IMG/VR virus record: IMGVR_UViG_3300042549_010246 | Span: 1-64,000 of that record | Reading direction: 5' to 3' (one strand) | DNA: 64,000 bases | Origin: a virus | Part shown: one piece after another, positions 9,552 to 19,867 of the stretch | Position numbering within the stretch: the first letter of the stretch is position 1 | How the letters are laid out: the number at the start of each line of letters is the position of its first letter | Notes under the pieces: generated by a model | Seen by the model: only the letters and a program-made list of their open reading frames with translations | Databases searched by the model: none | What the model was told of the DNA's origin: nothing | Position numbers and translations under genes: made by a program

Positions 9552-10191
9552 AGACTTTTTTAAAAGGGTAGTAAGTAAAGGTGAGCACTATATGTTGGTG
9601 TGGGTCATTGTATTTGCAAATCTTGATGAGTCAATTTCGCTATCTACTATCAGTCAAAAAGTAGGAATTTCCAAAACGCACGTATTCAGGATTATTAATT
9701 GGGGTATGGAAGTATTGAAAGAGTTGGGAGTGGAATGTCAATATGTGAGCGATACATTTGGATTTACAGTGAGCGTTGGAAAAGCAGCGGTGAAATCAAA
9801 TGAAATTATAAAAATCGCAGAAAAGTCGCAATCAATGCCGATACCAAAAAACAACGAAATGATTACTCAAATCATCCTGTACCTAAATGAAAAAGCGAAT
9901 AAGAATTACTCAGTAGAAGCAAAAGAGGCCAAAAGGTGTATTAATGCTCGCATCGCTGAGGGGTATTCTTTAAACGACTTTAAAAAAGTCATTGACATCA
10001 AAATAAGCAAGTGGTTTAACACACCACAGGAAGACTATTTAAGACCCATAACTTTATTCGGAACCAAATTTAATTCGTATTTAAATGAAAGACCACAACA
10101 CGAACAAATCACTCAGCAAAGTAACATCGCAAGAACAATCGCTGTCGCTAACAAAGTCGCAAGCGAACTTAGCGGTATGGACTCGGAATAG
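9529..10191 (+). CDS. Phage replication initiator (HTH plus Phg_2220_C-like domain)
   Basis: IILYLNEKANKNY...EGYSLNDFKKVID...YLRPITLFGTKFNSYLNE. Confidence 0.8.
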   Translation: MRIVLKIKDFFKRVVSKGEHYMLVWVIVFANLDESISLSTISQKVGISKTHVFRIINWGMEVLKELGVECQYVSDTFGFTVSVGKAAVKSNEIIKIAEKSQSMPIPKNNEMITQIILYLNEKANKNYSVEAKEAKRCINARIAEGYSLNDFKKVIDIKISKWFNTPQEDYLRPITLFGTKFNSYLNERPQHEQITQQSNIARTIAVANKVASELSGMDSE

Positions 10192-10972
10192 TGTTGAAAA
10201 AGAAGTTGTTCTCGCGGCTTATGACAAGCAACTTGGTAATTATACCACAGCGGAAGACATAACCAAATTGATTGGTATGGTCACGAAGTGGCGAATTATG
10301 TTGGGCTTGAGTAAAGAGATGAGTGAAGAAGAACTGAAAATCAATGTGCAGTTCATTAAATCAAACTATCAAAAATTCACCTTGAAGGATATTGACATCG
10401 CAATCAATTGGTCCTTACAGGGAAAACTTGGGGTTACCGTTGAGCCTTACGGTGCATTTTCTCCGCTGTATATCAGCAGGATTCTGAATGCCTATGGTGC
10501 TAAAGCAGAAGATATGATAAATGAGATTATGCAAAGGCGAAAAATGGAAGCGCGTTTGCAAGCGTCAGAAAAAACTGTTTTGACCTACGAGGAAACGATA
10601 AAACAACGAAGAAATTATGTGGTGTGGTTTATCAATAAAATCAAAACAGAGAATAAGTACCTTGGAGACTTTGACAACATTATGTGGGATTTTGTCACCA
10701 AATACAACCTGATTAAAGTCAGTGAAAAATGGACTGAAGAGGCAAGCGAATTTGCTGATGGTGAAATTTTACGTGAAAATATGGATGAGGGATATGCGAA
10801 ATTTTACGATAAATTACAGTTTAACGATAAAAAAATCGAGATGAAGAAACGTCGTGAAATGTATGGCCGATATTACCTCTTAAAGAAATTTTGTGCAACA
10901 ATTGAAAATCCCGAGGAGTGGATTTCCAAATACGAAGACAGTATGTTAATAGCACCCCCTAAAAGCAAATAG
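10085..10972 (+). CDS. Hypothetical protein, possible helicase loader or initiator partner
   Basis: Helical 295 aa ORF overlapping the initiator; function inferred from position only. Confidence 0.5.
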   Translation: MKDHNTNKSLSKVTSQEQSLSLTKSQANLAVWTRNSVEKEVVLAAYDKQLGNYTTAEDITKLIGMVTKWRIMLGLSKEMSEEELKINVQFIKSNYQKFTLKDIDIAINWSLQGKLGVTVEPYGAFSPLYISRILNAYGAKAEDMINEIMQRRKMEARLQASEKTVLTYEETIKQRRNYVVWFINKIKTENKYLGDFDNIMWDFVTKYNLIKVSEKWTEEASEFADGEILRENMDEGYAKFYDKLQFNDKKIEMKKRREMYGRYYLLKKFCATIENPEEWISKYEDSMLIAPPKSK

Positions 10973-10973
10973 A

Positions 10974-11609
10974 ATGGAAGAATTTAGCACCCTTTGTTTG
11001 GGTATCCCGACAATTAATCAAGCGGAACTTTTGAATAAAGCCCTTGAAACTTATAAGGATACTTTCTACGGTAGACACATATTTGTCGTAGATAATGGAA
11101 ACCAAGAAATAAACAGGGTTTCTCAGTCGATGAAAATTATGGTTCAAAAGCAAAATTTGGGCGTGGCGGCTTCGTGGAATTTAATGTGCAGAATGGCATT
11201 TTCATCAGGCTACACCCATATTGCAATAATGAACGATGACATCGTTTGCGAAAAATACGCGGATGACCTTGAAGACTTTATCGATATTACAGGAGCGGGA
11301 ATTTACACAGGGTACAAAAACTTTAGTGTGTTCATCATTTCATACGAAACATACAAGTTTATTGGTCCATTTGATGAGGATTTCATCGGTGCTTACTTTG
11401 AAGATAGTGATTACCTATACAGGTGTAAATTGAAAGGCGTATTCATCGAACAAACGGAATTGTTGAATCCTGAAATGTACCATCAGTCTATGAGTATTCG
11501 TAAAGACCCAAACTTGAATAAAAACTTTGAGGAAAACAAAGCGCGATATATCAAAAAGTGGGGCGGTGTTCCAACTGAAGAAAAATATTTAACCCCTTAT
11601 AACCAATAA
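10974..11609 (+). CDS. GT2-family glycosyltransferase
   Basis: VVDNG, NLGVAASWN, MNDD and YFEDSDY. Confidence 0.85.
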   Translation: MEEFSTLCLGIPTINQAELLNKALETYKDTFYGRHIFVVDNGNQEINRVSQSMKIMVQKQNLGVAASWNLMCRMAFSSGYTHIAIMNDDIVCEKYADDLEDFIDITGAGIYTGYKNFSVFIISYETYKFIGPFDEDFIGAYFEDSDYLYRCKLKGVFIEQTELLNPEMYHQSMSIRKDPNLNKNFEENKARYIKKWGGVPTEEKYLTPYNQ

Positions 11610-11610
11610 T

Positions 11611-11886
11611 ATGAAAAATCAAGAAAATGAAATGAAACCTACAATATTTGATTGGATGGTCAAATTATTTGAGTTCCCTGCAGTCATCCTCATTGCAATT
11701 ATTTGGTTCGCCAAATTTATGTATGAAGCGAAAAAAAGGCAATTCGAAAATGAGGATTACAGTAATGCAATTTTGAGAGTTTGGAAAGAAAACGTCGATT
11801 ACGCGAATTTTTTCTTGTTCTTATGGAAAATGCCCGTGACAATTCTTTTTTGGTCATCACTCATTTGTTTTATGATATTTTTATGA
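11611..11886 (+). CDS. Small two-TM membrane protein
   Basis: Two hydrophobic segments. Confidence 0.6.
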   Translation: MKNQENEMKPTIFDWMVKLFEFPAVILIAIIWFAKFMYEAKKRQFENEDYSNAILRVWKENVDYANFFLFLWKMPVTILFWSSLICFMIFL

Positions 11887-12188
11887 AATTCAGAGACCCT
11901 CAAATTTACGCGGTAGAAATACACTCCAAAGACCCGAGCAGAAAAGTCAGTGCACCATTTGAATATTTGTACGAATATTCCCTGAAAGATGGTTGGTATA
12001 ACGGAAGTAAACAGCCCGAGTTTGCTAAGAAATTAACACTCTCAGAAGCAAGTATGTTTATTTCATCATTTTCTAAAATGTATCCTGAATTTTTTCATAT
12101 AACATTGATAAAATCATACAACGTGCCTATAGAATTAGGTAAAAACAATACAATAATTTTAGAATCATCGATGAATTCAATGCAATAA
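11883..12188 (+). CDS. Hypothetical protein
   Basis: ATG at 11883 in ATGA overlap. Confidence 0.55.
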   Translation: MKFRDPQIYAVEIHSKDPSRKVSAPFEYLYEYSLKDGWYNGSKQPEFAKKLTLSEASMFISSFSKMYPEFFHITLIKSYNVPIELGKNNTIILESSMNSMQ

Positions 12189-12222
12189 ATAAAAACCAAA
12201 AAATATTTTAGAAAATATAATT

Positions 12223-12558
12223 ATGAGCGAAGAAAAAAAAGCCCCCGCACCAATTCAAATTTCTCACACCTACACTCTTGCTGATTATAACGTAGTTAAA
12301 AAGGCAAAACTGATACTGAAAGACGGCCATATGGTCAAGTGTCATAAATGTGGCCCTCAGTTGGTGCCAAATAATCAATTGGGAACGTTGGCACCCCTGT
12401 ATGAGCATTGTTCAACACATTGTTCGCGAGCATTGATTGGTGTTGAAAACGATAAGGTAGTTTATATCCAAACTTGTGAAGTTCAGAATCAGAAATTCAT
12501 CATTGATAATGCGAATGCTTCAACTGAGAAACAAAGCAATTTGATTGTAAATCGATGA
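12223..12558 (+). CDS. Hypothetical Cys-containing protein
   Basis: CHKC...CSTHC. Confidence 0.6.
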   Translation: MSEEKKAPAPIQISHTYTLADYNVVKKAKLILKDGHMVKCHKCGPQLVPNNQLGTLAPLYEHCSTHCSRALIGVENDKVVYIQTCEVQNQKFIIDNANASTEKQSNLIVNR

Positions 12559-13781
12559 AAAGAGTTTTAGCATATATGGACTTTGATAGTCCCACGGGTT
12601 TTGGAAATGTATCTAAGAATCTTTTCGAAAGGTTGACACCATTCTTTGAAAAAAATCAAATCCAAGTAGACGTGTGTGCTACGAATTATGGGAACAAAGA
12701 AACGTATCAATTTCACAAAACTGTTACAGTCTACAACGCGAAAAATTTTGCTAAGGACCTCAGAGATAAATGGTATCGTGATGGTTTTCTGAAGTTGCTT
12801 CAAAGCAAACCTTACGACCTTGTATGGATGATGAATGATTTACCCGTAATCAATTCATTTATGTCAGTGATGCCACGAATAAGGGAAACTAAAGCCAAAT
12901 TAATGCATCCTGATTTTAAACTTCTGTTGTACACGCCAATTGATAGCCCCCCTGACGTATCTTGGTTGAAATCGGCTAAAGAGATAGACCAAATTGTCAC
13001 TTACACCCAATATGGATTCAGTGAAATTCAAAATATCAAACGATTGAAAAACCTTTTGGTCGTACCCCACGGTTTTGACACAAAGAATTTTTTTGAACAA
13101 TCAGGTAAAAAGCAAGAATGTCGAAAACGAGCGGGCATCCCTCAGGATAAATTCGTAATTGGCACAGTCAACAAAAATCAGCCAAGAAAAGATATGGCTA
13201 ATGCTTTAATTGCCTTTTCTGAATTTAAGAATGCTTTACCCAAAGACAATAATGCATTTTTGTATTTGCACACATATTTTGATGACCCAACAGGAGTTAA
13301 TCTACGTTCAGTGGGTGACAGGTTAGGGCTTGTTTGGGACAAAGATTATTCAATGCCGATGCACAAAAAATACACCGATGGGGCGTACACTCTTGAAGAT
13401 ATGAATGATGTTTACAATTCATTCGATGTTTTTTTGACCACCTCCACGGCTGAAGGATGGGGTTTGACTCTGACTGAGGCCATCTGCTGCAAATTGCCTG
13501 TGATTTATGGTGCTCACACATCATTAAAAGAAATTGCGGGTACCCTTACAACGGGCAAGTGCGACCAATTGATAAAAACTGTACAAAATAATGATGGCAA
13601 CGCAATACGGTACAAATTAAATCCCGTACAAATTGCTAATCGGATGTTGAGTTTTTATAAAAGATATGAAGCATCACAAACCAATATAGAGGCCGATGAG
13701 TGTGATAAAATTATCAAAAAGTACAATTGGGATACCATAGCAATTAAGTGGTCGGAAATTATTGCTAAATTGCTTAAATGA
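12555..13781 (+). CDS. GT4-family (GT-B) glycosyltransferase
   Basis: TGFGNV, VPHG, NQPRK and EGWGLTLTEA. Confidence 0.9.
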   Translation: MKRVLAYMDFDSPTGFGNVSKNLFERLTPFFEKNQIQVDVCATNYGNKETYQFHKTVTVYNAKNFAKDLRDKWYRDGFLKLLQSKPYDLVWMMNDLPVINSFMSVMPRIRETKAKLMHPDFKLLLYTPIDSPPDVSWLKSAKEIDQIVTYTQYGFSEIQNIKRLKNLLVVPHGFDTKNFFEQSGKKQECRKRAGIPQDKFVIGTVNKNQPRKDMANALIAFSEFKNALPKDNNAFLYLHTYFDDPTGVNLRSVGDRLGLVWDKDYSMPMHKKYTDGAYTLEDMNDVYNSFDVFLTTSTAEGWGLTLTEAICCKLPVIYGAHTSLKEIAGTLTTGKCDQLIKTVQNNDGNAIRYKLNPVQIANRMLSFYKRYEASQTNIEADECDKIIKKYNWDTIAIKWSEIIAKLLK

Positions 13782-13918
13782 AATGGGAAGACTACCTGAC
13801 CGTCTTATTGGTGATGTCAAATACAGTTTGGTATTTTTTATTCAAAGTGGTTCGGAAGGTTGCTGAATCAAGACGGGACATTATTAATCAACTTTTAGAG
13901 GAAAAGAAAAGGGCGTAA
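13778..13918 (+). CDS. Small membrane protein (46 aa, not in ORF track)
   Basis: MKWEDYLTVLLVMSNTVWYFLFK...; ATGA overlap. Confidence 0.55.
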   Translation: MKWEDYLTVLLVMSNTVWYFLFKVVRKVAESRRDIINQLLEEKKRA

Positions 13919-13933
13919 CATTCCGCTACGCCC
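13902..13933 (-). terminator. Terminator for the small antisense gene
   Basis: GGGCGTA-N9-TACGCCC stem with AAAAGAAAA on +. Confidence 0.65.
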
Positions 13934-13979
13934 ACTCCTCAGCCGAGTTTGTTCAGACAAACTTGATACAAGTCGTTAA

Positions 13980-14087
13980 TTAACGATTCTTGTAAACCAA
14001 GTAAGCGAGCAAAGCAATGGTGATGGTGTTGTGAACATTCACTCCACCCAACCAATTGGGGCTTTTGATGTCGAAAATTCCATTCAT
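13980..14087 (-). CDS. Stand-alone 35 aa membrane microprotein
   Basis: MNGIFDIKSPNWLGGVNVHNTITIALLAYLVYKNR; A-rich leader, own terminator, C-ending codons. Confidence 0.65.
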   Translation of the reverse strand: MNGIFDIKSPNWLGGVNVHNTITIALLAYLVYKNR

Positions 14088-14285
14088 AGTTTTTTTGTCA
14101 TAAATTTGACTCTACAAATATCAATTACAAATTCATTGAATCTGTAAAATTGTTAATTGTAGTAAAATAAAATTAATTATTTTACTGCAAAAGTTTAATA
14201 ATCAATAACTTACAACCGTTCAATAATGGATAAATGATATTAAAAGAAACTTAAAAACACTTTAATACACCCAATTTACATCATT

Positions 14286-14672
14286 ATGAGAAATGGACCT
14301 AAGTCTTTGTCACAAACACCCGCACCAAAAAAGGAACAAATACGGGGTAGTAAAATTAATCGTTCAGGAAGTGCTTCAAGTAAAGCAAGTGCAAAATCAA
14401 TTCAATTTAGCGAAGCCCTTGACAAGACAGTTCGGGCCAAAGTGTCATCACACAATTTGAAATACCCGAACAAAAAAATCACTGTGCCTACAGCGAAAGC
14501 GGTAGTAAGGAGGGGTATGGGCGCATATTCAACATCACATAGACCTACTATTAGTGGAGGGGCTCCAAATTCAAGAACTGCGTGGGGTCTTGCAAGGCTA
14601 AATAAGTTTATGGAAAAGAAAGTCGGGAAGCCTGTCAAACGCGCTTATATCCAAGATGATGATTTACTTTGA
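14286..14672 (+). CDS. Basic conserved viral protein (DUF5824-like)
   Basis: VVRRGMGAY...HRP...WGLARLNKF...DDDL; family recalled from memory. Confidence 0.55.
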   Translation: MRNGPKSLSQTPAPKKEQIRGSKINRSGSASSKASAKSIQFSEALDKTVRAKVSSHNLKYPNKKITVPTAKAVVRRGMGAYSTSHRPTISGGAPNSRTAWGLARLNKFMEKKVGKPVKRAYIQDDDLL

Positions 14673-14728
14673 TATAGATATGGCTATATGTTTGAATTAC
14701 AAGAAAAATACACCAAATTTGTATTAAT

Positions 14729-17023
14729 ATGTCATTTAAAGACGTTTTAAATAAAAATTATGCGCACACTCAAAATTCGGTGAAAAAATACGAAGTGGGT
14801 GGTAAAGTAGTAACCAAAGAAGGTGCTACTAATGATGCAAAGAAAGGAGGTTATTTTGATGGTAGGCCCCACTCCAAAGGTGGCATAAAAGCCGTTAACA
14901 TCGATAATAATCAACCGATAGAAGTCGAAGGTGGCGAAGTCGTTATCACAAAACGCGCAGTTGCTGACGACACGAAAAAAGAATTTGAAGGCAAGATGAT
15001 GACCAACAAACAAATCTTGTCAAAAATAAATGAATCAGGTGGTGGAGTTTCTTTTGAAAAAGGTGGACAAGTCAAATCAGACGATTCATCATTTTCTAAC
15101 GGTGGTAAGTTGGATGAAGATGAATACTATATTTCGGATGAAGATTTGAATTTTGAAATTGACGAAAAAGAGTTTGCGGATGGTGGTGTTACTCCTACAA
15201 AGAACGAAATTGAAACACTCATTATTCGAATAGCCGATATTCAAAATCCCGAAAAACTGAGTAACAAAGGTGTTACCAAAAAGTATCTTGGAACTTATGA
15301 GCAAATTTTTGAAATGGTAGTTTCCGCTGAGGATGTGGACGAAAAGTTTGAATCATTCGGTCAAAACGAAAAAGGCAAAGACTTTAACTATTTCACTATT
15401 ACGTTGACGAATCCTGTTGTAAGATTTGATACAGACCAAGAAGGGGTAGAATTTTTTAAGAATTTGTTTGGTGTAGACTATGTGAAGGTAATTTATAAAA
15501 ACGCGCTTAGTACTCAAGAAGTAAAGATTTTAGATATCGTGAATTTAAAAAATTTGCAAAATGAATTTGCAGATTTGGAAGAATTACAAGATGCTTTAGT
15601 TCAAAAGAAAACTGTTTTAATGGATGCATTTACCAAGACAGATTTGAAAAATGCTCTTAAAAAATTGAATGGTGGCACTGATGGTAAGGGTATTTACTAT
15701 TTAAGTAATACTAAAGGTTACAGTGGTACACGTAAAAAGGAATATTATGGGATTACACAAGAGGGTATTGACTATTTAAAAAATCTTTCTTTGTCAAACT
15801 CCAATACGCCTACGGCAGATGAAAATCAAGAACTCCCAAGTACTGTAGAGTTCCCATATTTTGCTCCCGATGCGGTAAAAGAGTATAATCCTGAAGCCCT
15901 GACTGTTGAGAAAAGGCGTATTGATAATTTAATTTTAAGCCAAGAGTTTGAAAACAAAATTGAAAAAAAGAAAAAAATTGTTAATGCTGCTACCGAAATA
16001 TTAAAAGACATACCTGTTGAAAACGTATTAGAAAGGGTAGAATTATCTTTGTTGAGGGATGCTGAAGAAAAGGAATTGCAATTATTGGAAAATCCAACAT
16101 TGCAAAAAGTTAAAAAAGAATTTTCTCTCCGTTTTTACAGCGGTAACATTTTGGAAGACTTAATACAAGCAGGTCAAATTGAACAAACAAATCTTGTCAA
16201 TTTTAGGCCAAATGAAGCAAATTTGCGCTCCAAATACAATGCATTAATGCTATATATTATAGATTATCCAACCTCTTACGTTGCACATTGGATTGAGAAT
16301 TTTTTTGGTAAATTTATGCTGTATAGCGATTCTTACAATTTTGATTATGCGAGTTTGAGTAATTTTTCAAACATACCTCCAACGATAAGCAAAGTAGGTA
16401 GGCTTTTGAATTTAAATAACAAAAAAGTGATGTATGTTCCTGAATTAGTTTTTCAAGGATTATCACAGCCATATGACAGGGTAGGGTTCGAAGTTTTTCC
16501 TATTTCGTACTATGCAACGAATTGGGATTATGCTGATTGGTTTGCAACTACCAAAGGACAAAAATTAAACACGAGGGGCGTTATTCTTCCGTGTTTTTTA
16601 AATATTCGAAGGGCTTTGGAATTAAGTTTCTTTTCCATCCAAAAAGTTAGCCCTACACAATTTTTCGATGCCGTTTATTTACAAACAGGTTTGACACCTG
16701 AAGAGTTGAAAGTAAATCCTGCCTTTTTATCACCCAACACACCTGATATGGAAGTTTGGGTTTACATAAGGAGTAATACAGAAATGTTAAAAATCTTGAA
16801 AGAATCAAAAATTGTGGATGGTATTCATATGTATGAAAATAACCCCGCAGTGGATGAAAATGACGCAGCATATATGACCGAAGTTTGGGTGACTTTTTAT
16901 CCTGAACAAACTAAAGTGGCTCCATTGTTTCAATATGCAGATGTGATTTATGGTGCTCGTAAAGAAGTAGACCGAGGATGGTTTACTAAGTCGCAATTTT
17001 TAAAAAGTGGAGGTACGATATGA
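14729..17023 (+). CDS. Polyvalent protein with C-terminal ART-PolyVal-like ADP-ribosyltransferase domain
   Basis: PELVFQG...SYYAT...ILPCFLNIRRAL...DGI...EVWVTFYPEQTK; N-terminal GRPHSKGG...EVEGGEVV. Confidence 0.6.
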   Translation: MSFKDVLNKNYAHTQNSVKKYEVGGKVVTKEGATNDAKKGGYFDGRPHSKGGIKAVNIDNNQPIEVEGGEVVITKRAVADDTKKEFEGKMMTNKQILSKINESGGGVSFEKGGQVKSDDSSFSNGGKLDEDEYYISDEDLNFEIDEKEFADGGVTPTKNEIETLIIRIADIQNPEKLSNKGVTKKYLGTYEQIFEMVVSAEDVDEKFESFGQNEKGKDFNYFTITLTNPVVRFDTDQEGVEFFKNLFGVDYVKVIYKNALSTQEVKILDIVNLKNLQNEFADLEELQDALVQKKTVLMDAFTKTDLKNALKKLNGGTDGKGIYYLSNTKGYSGTRKKEYYGITQEGIDYLKNLSLSNSNTPTADENQELPSTVEFPYFAPDAVKEYNPEALTVEKRRIDNLILSQEFENKIEKKKKIVNAATEILKDIPVENVLERVELSLLRDAEEKELQLLENPTLQKVKKEFSLRFYSGNILEDLIQAGQIEQTNLVNFRPNEANLRSKYNALMLYIIDYPTSYVAHWIENFFGKFMLYSDSYNFDYASLSNFSNIPPTISKVGRLLNLNNKKVMYVPELVFQGLSQPYDRVGFEVFPISYYATNWDYADWFATTKGQKLNTRGVILPCFLNIRRALELSFFSIQKVSPTQFFDAVYLQTGLTPEELKVNPAFLSPNTPDMEVWVYIRSNTEMLKILKESKIVDGIHMYENNPAVDENDAAYMTEVWVTFYPEQTKVAPLFQYADVIYGARKEVDRGWFTKSQFLKSGGTI

Positions 17024-18450
17024 ACATCGGTCAAATATATAAATTTGGAGGAGTCAATTTAAGTGGACTAAGCGCGGCTAAACTTAATGGTAAAACAATA
17101 AATAATGTCGAAATTGATGGTAACTATATCCAATCAATTTATTGGGCTAATGATTATTTCTATGGCCTTCCAAGCGAAAACAAAATACCAATATTGATAC
17201 AGTTATCTAAGAATGATTACAGTAAGATTTTTTTGGTTGGATTTTTTAAACACCAATTTTTTGATGAAATTTCTTCTACTGACGAAACTGTCAATTTCGA
17301 AATAAAAATGAATCCTGTTGTGATTCGGAACTCATATGGTTTTTATTATGAAGAAGAGGCTTATGATTTCTTTATGGACCTGAATGAGCGATATCAACAA
17401 CAGCAAACAGGTAATCCACCACCACAGGAGCAAGAACAAAAAATGTTATTGGCTCGATTTGATATCAACTCAGACAATTATTTGTATGTGTATGAATCAG
17501 AAATGACACCTGATTCGAGTGGTAATTTTACGGGAGAATACGTTACTACACTTGATTTAAGACAGGCAAAACTTAATCAATCAACTGCGTTAGTAAAAGA
17601 TTATACGGTAGATGTAAATGGACAAGAGGTCAATTTTTTATTGGTTTATGATAAAAATTTCAGTGATAAAGTTTCTTTGCCTATCCCAACGATTTTAAGT
17701 GGTAATGGAGGACCTTCCACTACTACATACTTTATGATTCCCCTGCAAAACGATGGTACAGGTCACGGAGAGCCACCACAAACGCCTTCACAGGGCTCAC
17801 AGGGCTCACAGGGCTCACAGGGCTCACAGGGTTCACAGGGTTCTCAGGGTTCTCAGGGTTCTCAGGGTTCCCAAGGTTCTCAGGGTTCCCAAGGTTCTCA
17901 AGGCTCAGGTGGTTCACAGGGTTCTCAGGGTTCTCAGGGTTCTCAAGGTTCAGGTGGTTCGCAGGGCTCTCAAGGCTCACAGGGTTCTCAGGGTTCTCAG
18001 GGTTCTCAAGGTTCTCAAGGCTCACAGGGTTCTCAGGGTTCCCAAGGTTCTCAAGGCTCAGGTGGTTCACAGGGTTCTCAAGGTTCGCAGGGCTCGCAAG
18101 GCTCTCAGGGTTCTCAGGGCTCTCAAGGTTCTAAGGGTTCATCAGGCTCGCGTGGTGCGAGTACATCAGGGACTTCAGGAAGAGCGGGTAATTTACAAGG
18201 AGGGCAAGATAGCGGTGCCGTATATGGTGATACTCAAACTGAAGATATTCCATTAATACAAATGGTTGCAGACACACTTAATAAAACTACAAACCAAGTA
18301 CGCGGTCAACTTAGAACTGCGGGTTCCGCTATGATGTTCCTTGCATCAAATCCTCAAGCAATTGAACCTATCAAACAAAATTTAGGCGTAGCAAATACCA
18401 ACATATCAATGAATGATTTGGCAAAAAAAATAATTGAAAAAATAAGATAA
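17020..18450 (+). CDS. Protein with (Gly-Ser-Gln)n collagen-like tract
   Basis: About 41 G-X-Y triplets between globular ends. Confidence 0.8.
   Translation: MNIGQIYKFGGVNLSGLSAAKLNGKTINNVEIDGNYIQSIYWANDYFYGLPSENKIPILIQLSKNDYSKIFLVGFFKHQFFDEISSTDETVNFEIKMNPVVIRNSYGFYYEEEAYDFFMDLNERYQQQQTGNPPPQEQEQKMLLARFDINSDNYLYVYESEMTPDSSGNFTGEYVTTLDLRQAKLNQSTALVKDYTVDVNGQEVNFLLVYDKNFSDKVSLPIPTILSGNGGPSTTTYFMIPLQNDGTGHGEPPQTPSQGSQGSQGSQGSQGSQGSQGSQGSQGSQGSQGSQGSQGSGGSQGSQGSQGSQGSGGSQGSQGSQGSQGSQGSQGSQGSQGSQGSQGSQGSGGSQGSQGSQGSQGSQGSQGSQGSKGSSGSRGASTSGTSGRAGNLQGGQDSGAVYGDTQTEDIPLIQMVADTLNKTTNQVRGQLRTAGSAMMFLASNPQAIEPIKQNLGVANTNISMNDLAKKIIEKIR
17794..18162 (+). repeat. 9-bp coding repeat encoding GSQ
   Basis: GGYTCNCAR repeats with synonymous variation. 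Confidence 0.95.
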
Positions 18451-18458
18451 TAAATTAT

Positions 18459-19862
18459 ATGGCACAAAGAGGCACATTAGAATACTATCAGGAAATCGTT
18501 AATGATACGAACAATCCTGAATTACTTAGAAATCAAGCACAAAAGCAAATTGACCGTTTGGCTTCGATTGGCTCTGCTCAGGTTCAAACAGGTGCCGTAA
18601 CAGGCAATATGGACCCACAAATTCAAGCGGTGATAAATGCGATGCAGGCTGCAGTAAATGCATATGCGGGAAAGTCAGCAAATCCACAGCAAATCAAACA
18701 AATTGTAGACGATGAAATTGCAAAAGCAAAAATTGATTTTTCTCAGTTGAGCGATGGATTGAAGGCAATGCTTCAGTCTCAGGTTAAAGTTGAATTGACT
18801 TTACGTCAAATGGCCGTAGTTTCTACTAAAGTCGTAAGTAATTCCTTTATTAAACGCCCGCTTGTTCAAGATTTGTTATCTGACGTGCAAGCACGAAATA
18901 ACGCATATTTGTATGGCGGTGCAGGAACGGGTAAAACATTTACTGCGGGTGAAATAGCGGATTTGTTGGATTGGGAATTGATTACTTTAAATTGTAACCA
19001 ATTTACTTCTCCAATTGATATCATCGGAGGTCAAACTATTGATGGTTATCAAGAGGGTAAAGTATCTATGGCTTGGGCAAATGAAATCATTTCCCCAAAT
19101 GGAGACAAAAGAAAAGTATCAGGAGTCGTTTTGCTGTTAGATGAGTTGCCTAAACTTGACCCAAACACTGCGGGTTTGTTAAACGAAGCGTTAGCCAAAG
19201 TCAAAGATTTCAAATTGGATAAAGTGACGGGTGCAATTAAGCCACCAACTATATTGAATGGTCGAAATGAAAAATTGGTTTTGGGTAATTTGATGGTAAT
19301 TGCAACGGGTAACGTACCCTTAAATACTATTGACCCTGACTATGAAGCAAACTTCAAACAGGATTTGTCTTTGCAAGACCGTTTTGTCGGAAGCACATAT
19401 AAAATCTTTGTAGATTATGAATATGAATTCAATTCAATTATGGAAGGTTTCGCATTCATATGGATTTATGGTACCAAATTGCGCGAAAAAGTGATTTCAT
19501 TGAACGCCACAGGACAAGCGTTTGTATCAATTCGTTTAATGATGAACTTAAAAGAGACTTACAAGGTTTACAGAGAGGTAGTGGACAAGAACAAGCAAAA
19601 TGTTGGGAATCAAGCATTTGATTTAATTACAGAACCTAAGACGATTATTGAATCTCTTCAAACCTTTTTAGATTTGTTCAAACCTGCAATTAAACAAGCA
19701 ATTCAAGATGACCCAATGACCAATCTTGATAATTTTAAAGTAATTGTAGATGCAAAAAATCAAATGCCATATGACCCAAAAGCACCAAATTTCAACACGC
19801 AATCGGAACTCAGTGAGGCCGAAAGAATGATTAAAGCATACGAGGCGAGTAAAAATTCGTAA
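18459..19862 (+). CDS. MoxR/CbbQ-like AAA+ ATPase
   Basis: GGAGTGKT Walker A, LLLDE Walker B, ATGN and DLSLQDRF. Confidence 0.85.
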   Translation: MAQRGTLEYYQEIVNDTNNPELLRNQAQKQIDRLASIGSAQVQTGAVTGNMDPQIQAVINAMQAAVNAYAGKSANPQQIKQIVDDEIAKAKIDFSQLSDGLKAMLQSQVKVELTLRQMAVVSTKVVSNSFIKRPLVQDLLSDVQARNNAYLYGGAGTGKTFTAGEIADLLDWELITLNCNQFTSPIDIIGGQTIDGYQEGKVSMAWANEIISPNGDKRKVSGVVLLLDELPKLDPNTAGLLNEALAKVKDFKLDKVTGAIKPPTILNGRNEKLVLGNLMVIATGNVPLNTIDPDYEANFKQDLSLQDRFVGSTYKIFVDYEYEFNSIMEGFAFIWIYGTKLREKVISLNATGQAFVSIRLMMNLKETYKVYREVVDKNKQNVGNQAFDLITEPKTIIESLQTFLDLFKPAIKQAIQDDPMTNLDNFKVIVDAKNQMPYDPKAPNFNTQSELSEAERMIKAYEASKNS

Positions 19863-19867
19863 TTGAT

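Noticed and set aside
17732-18256. ENP- and VLR-repeat ORFs
   Set aside because: Alternative frames of the GSQ repeat
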